From positions 1,216,001 through 1,280,000 of the forward strand of contig OZ253555.1 in assembly GCA_965262725.1 (NCBI GenBank): a stretch of DNA of 64,000 nt, given 5' to 3'. Made by a program: the position numbers and the translations under genes. This DNA comes from Dehalococcoidia bacterium (GTDB taxonomy: Bacteria; Chloroflexota; Dehalococcoidia; UBA2979). Under the pieces are notes generated by a model. That model saw only the letters and a list, made by a program, of their open reading frames with translations, searched no databases and was not told the origin of the DNA. Below, one piece after another: positions 9,617-20,629 of this stretch (position 1 is the stretch's first letter; each line of letters starts with the position of its first letter).

Positions 9617-10508
9617 GCGTCTCTCCCCCGCTTTGCGGGCCCGACGGCGCGGCCCAGCAGACTTGGATCCACGCGGCGAGCGAGGTGAGCGCCACGCCCC
9701 AGCCGTCCAGGCGCTCCCTAACCGCCGCCACGTCGACCTGGTGTCCCGAGCGCTCGCGCCAGCTCAGCAGCGCGCGCATCTGCTCCGGATCGCGGTCGCC
9801 GACCGTGTCGTCCGTGCGCTGGGCGTAGCGGACCGGCCGCCCGAGCGCGCGCGAGAATGCGCTGGCGACGGCCTCGAGCGTGAGTTCGTCGCCGGCGAGA
9901 TCGATCGCGGCCCCCTGCGTCTCCTCGGGTCGCGCAAAGACCTCAGCGACGACGGCGGCGATGTCGCGCACGGCGACGAGTTGCTGCCGCATCCCGGGGG
10001 CGAACGGGCCATCCAGCACACCTGCCTCGATGCGCTGGCGGCGAAGTAGGTAGTTCTCCATGAACGTCACTGGCCGGAGGAGCGTGTGCGGGACGCCGGC
10101 CTCGGCGAGGTACTGAGCGGCGCGCCACTTCACTTCGTAGTTCGTGACCCCGCTGCCGCCGTGCGCCGCCCCCGCCGAGGAGGAGTAGACGAGGTGTCGG
10201 ACGCCCGCGCCGGCGGCGGTGTCGGCCGCCCGGCACACTGATCGGAACTCGTGCTCCGGCGCGACGCCCGAGGGTTGCATCAGGAAGACGCCAGAGGCGC
10301 CGCGCATCGTCGCCACGAGGGAGGCCTCGGTAGTCCCGGTGGGGACGACCTCGACGCCGACCCGGGCGAGCTCGCGCGCCCGGGTCGAGGTGGTGTCGCG
10401 CGTCAGCGCGCGCACGCGCCACCCCCGGGCGAGCAACGCCTGCGACACGGCGTAGCCTTGTCGGCCGGTCGAGCCGAACACGACGACGGCGCTCCCGCGT
10501 CCGCTCAC
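9609..10508 (-). CDS. NmrA/HSCARG family NAD(P)-binding protein
   Basis: VFGSTGRQG, VRALTRD, HLVYSS, LRPVTFMENY, VAVRDIA. Confidence 0.88.
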   Translation of the reverse strand: MSGRGSAVVVFGSTGRQGYAVSQALLARGWRVRALTRDTTSTRARELARVGVEVVPTGTTEASLVATMRGASGVFLMQPSGVAPEHEFRSVCRAADTAAGAGVRHLVYSSSAGAAHGGSGVTNYEVKWRAAQYLAEAGVPHTLLRPVTFMENYLLRRQRIEAGVLDGPFAPGMRQQLVAVRDIAAVVAEVFARPEETQGAAIDLAGDELTLEAVASAFSRALGRPVRYAQRTDDTVGDRDPEQMRALLSWRERSGHQVDVAAVRERLDGWGVALTSLAAWIQVCWAAPSGPQSGGETRG

Positions 10509-11470
10509 GGTTCCCTCCGCGGCCAGCCGTCTGCCGCGCCGCCGTCTGGATCCGCGCCGGCTCCGAAGAAGTCGAGCAGGGCGTGTGCGTAGAGGTCGGG
10601 GGCGAGGAAGGGAGCGGCGTGGTCCATACCGTGCAGGATCCCGGCCCGCGCGTTCGGGATCGCCTCTACCACCCGCGCCTGGTCGGCGAGGGGATCGGCG
10701 CCGGACCGGAGCCGGCCCGCGTCACCGCAGAGCACGAGCGTCCTCGCGCGAATCGCCGCCACGCGCTCCCACGTCGCGTAGCACTCGATGGCGGCCGGGG
10801 CCGCGGCCGGCCAGCCCGCGGGGCCGTACGTGTCGGTGCCGGGGCCCGAGGCCTCCGCGCTCTCGCTCCGTCCGAAACCGCCACTCGACGGGGAGTCGGG
10901 CGGCGTGCCGGTGCCGTACTCGCTCTGGAACACGGAGAGGAAGCGGCGCTGCGCCTCGTCGAGCGTGACCCGATCGAGCATGTCCGAGTAGCGCTCCCAC
11001 AGCGCCAGGAGGTGCGCGCCATCGGCGGCGGGGGGCTCGTAGGGGACGCGTATGTGGTGTTCCTGGCTCTGGGCGCGCGCCCCGGCCCAGTCGAGGAACT
11101 CGACGAGGGCCAGCCGATCCACGCGCTCGGGGAAGGCGGCGGCGGCCTCGGCGGCGATCACAGCGCCAGTCATGTGGCCGAGAAGATGCGCGCGCTCGAG
11201 ACCGAGCCCGTCAAGCAGCTGCGGGACGCGCGCGGCGTACTGGGCCACCTCGCCGTAGGGGACCGGCGGTCGCGCCGAGTCGCCGCAACCGGGTGTGTCC
11301 ATCGCGATCGCTCGCAACTGCTCGCCGAGCAGCGGGAGCACCGCGTGAAAGAGTTGCGGGTTGGGCGTTGAGTGCAGCAGGACCAGCGGCGGGAGCGAGG
11401 CGGACCCCGCCTCGTAGTAGTGGAGCTGTCCCTCGGGCGTGTCGACGAAGCCCCGGCGGATGGATGCGAT
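10505..11470 (-). CDS. alpha/beta fold hydrolase-like protein with non-canonical elbow (GHMTG); start uncertain
   Basis: RRGFVDTPEGQLHYYEAG, LVLLHSTP, MDTPGCGDS, LLGHMTGAVIA; the best RBS (GAGGAGGAG) precedes an ATC codon at 11470, and the only upstream in-frame start in the ORF track is at 11587. Confidence 0.8.
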   Translation of the reverse strand: MASIRRGFVDTPEGQLHYYEAGSASLPPLVLLHSTPNPQLFHAVLPLLGEQLRAIAMDTPGCGDSARPPVPYGEVAQYAARVPQLLDGLGLERAHLLGHMTGAVIAAEAAAAFPERVDRLALVEFLDWAGARAQSQEHHIRVPYEPPAADGAHLLALWERYSDMLDRVTLDEAQRRFLSVFQSEYGTGTPPDSPSSGGFGRSESAEASGPGTDTYGPAGWPAAAPAAIECYATWERVAAIRARTLVLCGDAGRLRSGADPLADQARVVEAIPNARAGILHGMDHAAPFLAPDLYAHALLDFFGAGADPDGGAADGWPRREP

Positions 11471-11589
11471 TGCGCTCCTCCTCGCCCGCCCCCGCGCTAT
11501 GGCGGCGACTATAGTCGCTCGGCCGGCGGCGGCGTGCGCTACACTCCCCCGGCTCACGTTGAGCGCGCCGGTGAAGGAGGCGTCCACAG

Positions 11590-11916
11590 GTGATCTACGA
11601 GCTCCGTACGTATGAGGCCGTGCCGGGGAAGATGCGTGCTCTGCAGGCGCGCTTTCGCGACAAGACGCTTGCGATCTGGGAGAGACACGGCATCACGCCG
11701 GTGGGCTTCTGGACGTACGCTCACGGGGGGTGGACGAACCAGCTGGTCTACATGCTGCAGTTCGAGGATCTGGCGGACCGATCGGATCGCTTTGCGGCGT
11801 TTCGCACCGACCCGGAGTGGGCCGAGGCGGTGAGGGAGTCGGAGAAGGACGGGCCCCTCACGACGCGCACCCGCTCCGATTTCCTTCAGCCGACCGACTT
11901 CTCGCCGCTGAAGTAG
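11590..11916 (+). CDS. NIPSNAP family protein
   Basis: MIYELRTYEAVPGKM...HGITPVGFW...LVYML...FRTDPEW...LQPTDFSPLK; AAGGAGG RBS. Confidence 0.92.
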   Translation: MIYELRTYEAVPGKMRALQARFRDKTLAIWERHGITPVGFWTYAHGGWTNQLVYMLQFEDLADRSDRFAAFRTDPEWAEAVRESEKDGPLTTRTRSDFLQPTDFSPLK

Positions 11917-11956
11917 GGCTCCGGGCGGCGGCGGCGCCTGCCGGGGCTCCGGCGGG

Positions 11957-12736
11957 CTACCCCGTGAGGAAGGCGATGACCTCGCGCGCGAAGTGCTCGG
12001 GCTCCCGCGCGTAGAGCTGGCCTCCCACGTCCTTCACGAGCACGAGGCGGCCGTCCGGGACGAGGTCGACCGCGCGCTGATCCTCCTCGGCGAGCAGGTC
12101 GTGCTCCGGGGTGAGGAAGAGCGCCGGGCAGCCGAGCTTCGGCAAATCGGGAACAGGGTCGTAGCGGAAGGCCGCGTTGTAGGCCCAGTGGTATCGCTCG
12201 TGGTTGCCGACCATGTTCACGGCGGCGAGGGTCAGGAGCTCCAGCGAGGGCTCACCCCACCAGATCCGGCGGAAGCGATCCCAGGCGTACTGGAAATGGG
12301 AGCCGTCCGCGGCCAGTTCAAGCGGCGGCGCCCATGATTCCAGACGCGCGCGCCTCTTCTCCGGCGTGTAGGCGGGTATTCCCTGGAAGATTGCGTGGGT
12401 GACGCGGTCCGGGGCCGCCAGAGCGATGCGCAGGGCGATCGACGCGCCGGTGTGCGAACCGAAGATGGCGAACTGCTCCAGGCCGAGCGCGTCGATCGCC
12501 TCTAGGGTCGCCTCGGCGTAGACGGGGATCTCCTGCGCCTCGGGCGGCGGGTCCGACAGGCCGTAGCCGGGCGTGTCGAACGCGTAGGCGCGCAGGCGTT
12601 CGCCGAGCGGCGGCAGCGCCCACTGCAGGATGTCGGACGACTGCGGCGATTCATGCAGCAGCACGAGCGGCGGTCCGCTCTCGCCGTAGGCGCGGTAGTG
12701 CGCCTGCCCCCAACGGAAGTCCACGTAGCCGCGCAT
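11957..12736 (-). CDS. alpha/beta fold hydrolase-like protein with non-canonical elbow (GSHTG)
   Basis: MRGYVDFRWGQAHYR, LLHESPQSS, DTPGYGLSD, FGSHTGASIA; GAGGGAGG RBS before ATG 12736. Confidence 0.85.
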   Translation of the reverse strand: MRGYVDFRWGQAHYRAYGESGPPLVLLHESPQSSDILQWALPPLGERLRAYAFDTPGYGLSDPPPEAQEIPVYAEATLEAIDALGLEQFAIFGSHTGASIALRIALAAPDRVTHAIFQGIPAYTPEKRRARLESWAPPLELAADGSHFQYAWDRFRRIWWGEPSLELLTLAAVNMVGNHERYHWAYNAAFRYDPVPDLPKLGCPALFLTPEHDLLAEEDQRAVDLVPDGRLVLVKDVGGQLYAREPEHFAREVIAFLTG

Positions 12737-12872
12737 GCCGCCTCCCTCGCCAGCCGCTCGTCGGTCACCGGCCCCGGCGGAGGGCCGAGGGCCTCGGTAG
12801 CACCGTAGCGCCCACGCACACGCGCTGTCATCGACCGCCGCCCTCGGCCCCTGGGAGGGGCTGCGCCGTCCC

Positions 12873-12902
12873 TTGACAGGCGGAGCCGCCGGCGGTGACG
12901 AT
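12873..12902 (+). promoter_or_regulatory. putative sigma70 promoter for the thiolase-like operon
   Basis: Perfect TTGACA at 12873-12878, 18-nt spacer, weak -10 GACGAT at 12897-12902, about 50 nt upstream of ATG 12954. Confidence 0.4.
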
Positions 12903-12953
12903 GCCCGCGAGACCGCCGACGGGGCGAAGCGGTTCTCGCGGGGAGCGTGCGCG

Positions 12954-14105
12954 ATGGGCCTGCGCGGCACGGCGGCGATTATCGGCGTCGGCTCCGTTAA
13001 GCCGGAGCGGCGCATGCCGGGGCGCTCGGGTATCGGCGTTGCCGCCGAGGCCGGGATCAAGGCTGTGCGCGACGCCGGCCTCCGACGCGAGGACATCGAC
13101 GGGTTGATCACCCAGATGCCCGGTGAGACGCCGACGGCGCTTGCCGAGTACCTCGGGCTTCGCCCCACCTGGTCGCACGGCGTCGCGATGGAGGGGGCGA
13201 CCGGCACGACCTCCGTCACGCTTGCCGCGATGGCTCTCGATGCGGGGCTCGCGAAGAACGTCCTCGTCGTGATCGGAGGGCTCGCACCCGGCGGTGACAT
13301 GCCGACCGAGGGCGGAAGCCGCCTCCGCGAGCAGTTCGACGCGCCCTTCGGTCCAGCATCGGGCGCGACGGGCTGGTACGCGATGATCGCGAACCGCTAC
13401 GCCCATGAGTACGGCCTCACCGACGAGCAGCGCGCCGCCGTGGCCGTCCAGCAGCGCGAGAACGCCCACGGGAACCCCAACGCCATCTTCAAGGGCATTC
13501 CTCTGACCATCGAGGACGTCGTCACCTCGCGAATGATCTCCACGCCGCTGCGGCTGCTTGAGTGCGTGATGCCCACGGGCGGCGCCGAGGCGGTGCTGAT
13601 GACCTCGGCCGATCGTGCCAAGTCCGGCCCGCAGGAGCCGGTCTATCTGCTCGGCTCCGGGATGGCCGTCGACCACTACACGCTGGGCGGGGCATCCACC
13701 CTGACGACCTCGCCGGTCGCGATCTCGGCGCGGCGTGCCTTCGAGATGGCGGGCCTCGGGCCGCGGGACATGGACATGGTCTCGCTCTACGACTGCTACA
13801 CCATCACCGTTCTCATCTCGCTTGAGGACGCCGGCTTCGTGCCGAAGGGTCAGGCGGGCGCCTTCGTCGCGAGCACCGACATCACCTACAAGGGCGAGTT
13901 GCCGGTCAACACGCACGGCGGACAGCTCTCCTATGGGCAGCCCATGGTCGCCGGCGGGATGTCGCACGTGACGGAGTCGGTACTGCAGATGCAGGGGCGA
14001 GCGGGGGACCGGCAGGTCGAGAAGCTCGACTACTGCTTCGTCAACGGGTGAGGGGGCTTCCTGAGCGAGATGTGCTCGCTGGTCCTCGGGAAGGACCCCT
14101 CGTAG
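12954..14105 (+). CDS. thiolase-like (SCP-x/Ltp2-type) protein, predicted selenoprotein (TGA 14049-14051 read as Sec)
   Basis: AIIGVG, DAGLRREDIDGL, SRMISTPLRLLEC, LYDCYT, VNTHGGQLSYGQP. The ORF track stops at ...CFVNG, but the frame continues GGFLSEMCSLVLGKDPS* to TAG 14103-14105, which completes the usual family C-terminus. A hairpin follows the TGA. Confidence 0.85.
14052..14102 (+). promoter_or_regulatory. putative bacterial SECIS element
   Basis: 12 nt after the UGA: stem AGCGAG/CTCGCT closing loop ATGTG (17-nt minihelix); lower stems CTTCCTG/CGGGAAG and GGGG/CCCC. Confidence 0.6.
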
Positions 14106-14169
14106 CAGCGATGAGAATGCAATCGAGACCACCGGGCGGCCGTGTGCAGCGGGACGGGAGCTGATCCGG

Positions 14170-14589
14170 GTGAGCGAGGAATACGGTTTTCCCCTCCCGG
14201 TGCCGGGCGTCATTACGCAGCCCTTCTGGGATGGTCTGAAGGAGCATCGCCTCCTCGTGCAGCGCTGCCGCGCCGGGGGCCATCTCGTTCACTACCCGCG
14301 TGAATTCTGCCCGGTCTGCTACTCGGCGGATCTCGACTGGGAGCCCATGTCGGGCCGCGGGCGCGTCCACAGCTTCACGGTTGTGCACCGCGCCGCAAAC
14401 CCGGTCTTCCAGCAGGAGAAGGCACCGTACATCTTCGCGCTGATCCGGCTCGACGAGGGTCCGATCCTGACCTCGAATGTCGAGGGGATCCCGCACGAGG
14501 AGATACGGATCGAGATGCCGGTTGAGGTGTATTTCGACGACGTCACGGACGAGGTGACGCTTCCGAAGTTCCGCCCCGCCGCGCGCTAG
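14170..14589 (+). CDS. DUF35 family Zn-ribbon/OB-fold protein (thiolase partner)
   Basis: PFWDGLKEHRLLVQRC...YPREFCPVC...MSGRGRVHSFTVVH...PYIFALIRLDEGP...LPKFRP; adjacent to the thiolase-like gene. Confidence 0.92.
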   Translation: MSEEYGFPLPVPGVITQPFWDGLKEHRLLVQRCRAGGHLVHYPREFCPVCYSADLDWEPMSGRGRVHSFTVVHRAANPVFQQEKAPYIFALIRLDEGPILTSNVEGIPHEEIRIEMPVEVYFDDVTDEVTLPKFRPAAR

Positions 14590-14686
14590 TGCACCGAGGC
14601 CGGGATGTACCCGGTCGCGCATATGTCCGGAAGCAAGAGTCTCGCCGCATATGGGATGCGCGCGAACGCGAGAAGGGAGTCACGGG

Positions 14687-15058
14687 ATGAAAGTCGCCTA
14701 CGTTTTCAGTACATCGGGGCATACGGCGAGCTATAAGCTCGGTCAGATGATCCTGCCGCAGTTGGAGGCGGACGGACACGGCGTCGAGGTCGTCGGGATG
14801 ATGTTCTTCGACGACAACACGTTCATTCTCCGGCGCGGCGACCCGATCGGCGAGCGCCTGGCGAAGCAGGCCGCCGAGAAGAACATCCTGCTGATGATGT
14901 GCGATGGCTGCGCGCTCGAGCGCGGACTCGCGACCGGCGGCACCTGGCCCGAGAAGAGCGTCGCGGACGGCACGGTCGACGGAATCCACGTCGGCTGCTT
15001 CCCCGATCTCTACCAGGCGCTCGCCGGCAATCCGCCGGATCACGTGATCTCGCTCTAG
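14687..15058 (+). CDS. DsrE-related protein (SaoD/DsrE-like)
   Basis: MKVAYVFS...MILPQLE...HGVEVVGMMFFDDN...GERLAK...LMMCDGCALERGL...GCFPDLY...DHVISL; CxxC motif; AAGGGAG RBS. Family assignment is from memory of the pattern. Confidence 0.75.
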   Translation: MKVAYVFSTSGHTASYKLGQMILPQLEADGHGVEVVGMMFFDDNTFILRRGDPIGERLAKQAAEKNILLMMCDGCALERGLATGGTWPEKSVADGTVDGIHVGCFPDLYQALAGNPPDHVISL

Positions 15059-15098
15059 CGGGACGTCCCGCCGAAGGCGGCGGGCTGAGGGGGAGCCG

Positions 15099-15872
15099 AT
15101 GCCAGGGGTCAGGGAGGAGCTGATCGGCGGGGAGATCGCGCTCGTCACCCTCGACTTTCCGCCGGTGAATGCGCTCACGCCGGAGGCCTTCCTCGACATC
15201 ACGGCCACGTTCGACTCCTATCTCGCGCGCCCCGAGGTCCGGGTCTGCGTGCTGACCGCCGAAGGGGAGCGCGCCTTCTGCGCGGGCGTCGACGTGCGCA
15301 GTCGCCTCCCCGAAGGGGAGACGCAGGCGAGTCCCGGGGCGCACTACCGCCGGGCGCGCGAGACCTTCAACGCCATCTACGAGAGCGCCGTGCCTGTGAT
15401 CGGGGCGATCAACGGCCCGGCTCTGGGAGCGGGTCTCGCCATCGCCGCATCGTGCGACTACCTCGTGGCATCGACCCGCGCGAGCTTCGGCCTCCCCGAG
15501 ATCGATGTCGGGCTGCTCGGCGGTGCCCGGCATCTGCAACGCCTCTTCCCCCAGGGCGTGACCCGGCGCATGCACTACACCGCCGCGCGGGCGACGGCCG
15601 AGGAGGCGTACCGGCACGGCGCGGTGCACGCCGTGGTGCCGCCGGATGAACTCCTCGAGGCCGCGCTGGCCGAGGCGCGCGTGGTCGCCTCCAAGATGCC
15701 GGGTGGTATCCGCCTCGCCAAGGAGACGCTCAACCAGATCGAGTGGATGGAGCTGAAGGCGGGCTACCTCTACGAGCAGACGCGCACCGAGATCCTCCAG
15801 CGCACGGAGGACGCCGCGGAGGCGAAGCGGGCCTTCCTCGAGCGCCGTCCGCCCCGCTTCACCGGGAGCTGA
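15099..15872 (+). CDS. enoyl-CoA hydratase/isomerase (crotonase) family protein
   Basis: PPVNAL, AFCAGVD, PVIGAINGPALGAG, FGLPEIDVGLLGG, AFLERRPPRF. Confidence 0.92.
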   Translation: MPGVREELIGGEIALVTLDFPPVNALTPEAFLDITATFDSYLARPEVRVCVLTAEGERAFCAGVDVRSRLPEGETQASPGAHYRRARETFNAIYESAVPVIGAINGPALGAGLAIAASCDYLVASTRASFGLPEIDVGLLGGARHLQRLFPQGVTRRMHYTAARATAEEAYRHGAVHAVVPPDELLEAALAEARVVASKMPGGIRLAKETLNQIEWMELKAGYLYEQTRTEILQRTEDAAEAKRAFLERRPPRFTGS

Positions 15873-15908
15873 GCGGCCGCGCTCGGGCGCGCCTGTCGGC
15901 GCGCCGCG

Positions 15909-16856
15909 TCACGCGGTGGGGGACGGCCCCGGGCGATCGGCCGCAGGCGCCGCCCGATCGCGACGTGCTCGAGCGGCCGCCGCTTGCTCAGCGGCGTGGT
16001 AGGAGCTGCGCACCAGCGGGCCGGCCTCGACATGCGCGAATCCGAGTGAGAGCGCGTAGTCCCGCAGCGCCTCGAACTCATCCGGATGCCAGTAGCGCGC
16101 GACCGGGAGGTGCTTCGCCGTCGGCCGCAGGTACTGCCCGACCGTGAGCAGGTCGCAGCCCTGCTCGCGCAGGTCCTCGAAGGTGCGGTGGAGCTGCTCC
16201 ACGCGCTCGCCCAGACCGACCATCAGCCCCGACTTCGTCAGCATAGTCGGGTCGATCTTGTTGACGCGACGCAGCAATTCCAGGGAGCGGTCGTAGCGAC
16301 CCTTAGGCCGAACGCGAGGGTAGAGCTCGGCCACGGTCTCGGTATTGTGGTTGAGGACGGCGGGCCGGGCCTCCACGACAGTCGCGAGCGCCTCGCGGTC
16401 CCCCTCGAAGTCCGGGATCAGCACTTCGACCTCGCAGGTGGGGCGGCGGTGACGGACCGCACGGATGCAGGCGGCGAAGATCGAGGCGCCGCCGTCGGCC
16501 ACATCGTCGCGGTTCACCGCCGTGATCACCGCGTAGTCGAGGCCCATCGTCTCGACCGACTGCGAGAGGCGCAGTGGTTCGAGCTGGTCGATGGCGCCGG
16601 GCCGCCCGGACGTCACGGCGCAGAAGCCACACGCGCGCGTGCAGGTGTCCCCGAGGATCATGAAGGTCGCGGTACCAGAGTTGAAGCACTCGCCGATGTT
16701 GGGGCAGCGTGCCTCCTCGCACACGGTGTGGAGAGAGCGATCGCGGAGCAGGACGCGAATCTCCTCGAAGCGCTCCCCGGAGGGGAAGCGCGCGCGGAAC
16801 CACGGCGGCTTGCGCTCGCGGACGCGTGATCGCCGGCTCGTCGGCGCGCTAGTCAC
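15909..16856 (-). CDS. lipA: lipoyl synthase
   Basis: CEEARCPNIGEC, CTRACGFC radical-SAM motif, GQYLRP, GPLVRSSYHA. Confidence 0.97.
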   Translation of the reverse strand: MTSAPTSRRSRVRERKPPWFRARFPSGERFEEIRVLLRDRSLHTVCEEARCPNIGECFNSGTATFMILGDTCTRACGFCAVTSGRPGAIDQLEPLRLSQSVETMGLDYAVITAVNRDDVADGGASIFAACIRAVRHRRPTCEVEVLIPDFEGDREALATVVEARPAVLNHNTETVAELYPRVRPKGRYDRSLELLRRVNKIDPTMLTKSGLMVGLGERVEQLHRTFEDLREQGCDLLTVGQYLRPTAKHLPVARYWHPDEFEALRDYALSLGFAHVEAGPLVRSSYHAAEQAAAARARRDRAAPAADRPGPSPTA

Positions 16857-17595
16857 GACCGACCCCTCCCGCGGGGAGCGGCACCGCGCCCTCCCCGGCC
16901 TCGGCCGGCACCAGCTCCGCGTCGAAGCGCCGCTCGAACGCCGTGCCGAGCGCCGCCTCCGCCTCGGGCATCGCCACTGAGCGCCCGAGCGCGCGCTCGA
17001 GCGATGTCACGCCCGCATCCCGTATGCCGCACGGGACGATTGCATCGAACCAGCCGAGGTCCGTGCTCACGTTGAGTGCGAGCCCGTGCGCGGAGATGCC
17101 CAGCCGGATGCGGACGCCGACGGCCGCGATCTTCTCCAGAATCCCGTCCGGTCGGCCGTGCGCCGTCCACACGCCGGGTCGGCCAGAAACGCGCTCGGCC
17201 GGCACGCCGAAGTCGGCGAGCGTGTCGATCACCGTCGCCTCGAGCATGCGTACATAATCCGCCGCTCGCAGTCCGCGCCGTCTCAGATCGAGGATGGGGT
17301 ATACGACGAGCTGGCCGGGGCCGTGGAAGGTGATGTCGCCGCCCCGGTCCACCTGCTCCAGCGCCGCTCCCCTCGCCACGAGCTCGGCGGCGGGCACCAG
17401 CAGGTGCTCGAGGCCGCGCCCGTCGCCGCGGCTTCCGCTGCGGGCGCCGATCGTGTAGACGGGGGCGTGCTGGAGCAGCGCGAGCCGCTCAGCCCCTCCG
17501 CCTGCGGCGAGCGAGGCGTGCGCGCCCTGCATCCACGCCCGGGCGTCGGCGTACGAGATGGTGCCGGGGCGGTCGAGAAGGACAGGGCTCGCCAC
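16849..17595 (-). CDS. lipB: lipoyl(octanoyl) transferase
   Basis: LQHAPVYTIG, DRGGDITFHGPGQLVVYPILDL, KIAAVG, HGLALNV, IVPCGI; GTG start 6 nt after a TACGCT -10-like box. Confidence 0.95.
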   Translation of the reverse strand: MASPVLLDRPGTISYADARAWMQGAHASLAAGGGAERLALLQHAPVYTIGARSGSRGDGRGLEHLLVPAAELVARGAALEQVDRGGDITFHGPGQLVVYPILDLRRRGLRAADYVRMLEATVIDTLADFGVPAERVSGRPGVWTAHGRPDGILEKIAAVGVRIRLGISAHGLALNVSTDLGWFDAIVPCGIRDAGVTSLERALGRSVAMPEAEAALGTAFERRFDAELVPAEAGEGAVPLPAGGVGRD

Positions 17596-17736
17596 GCCGG
17601 TAGCGTACCTCACGAGCATGGCGGGTGGGGTAAAGTGTTCTCCCCTCGGCGGCGCGTGCCGCCTCGCGGCGGGGGATGATCTCCACGATGCGCGCCGCGG
17701 CGGGTGAGCCCGCTGCCGCGCGGAACGGGTGAGGCG

Positions 17737-20523
<2,787 letters not shown>

Positions 20524-20629
20524 CTCGCGCTCCCTGCTCCTGGAGCAAGGGAGATGCCCGCGAGCGCTCGATCGCGGAGAATCCGGCACGGCCGTGCCGC
20601 GCGCCCGGCCGGATCAGGTAAGGGGTGAG

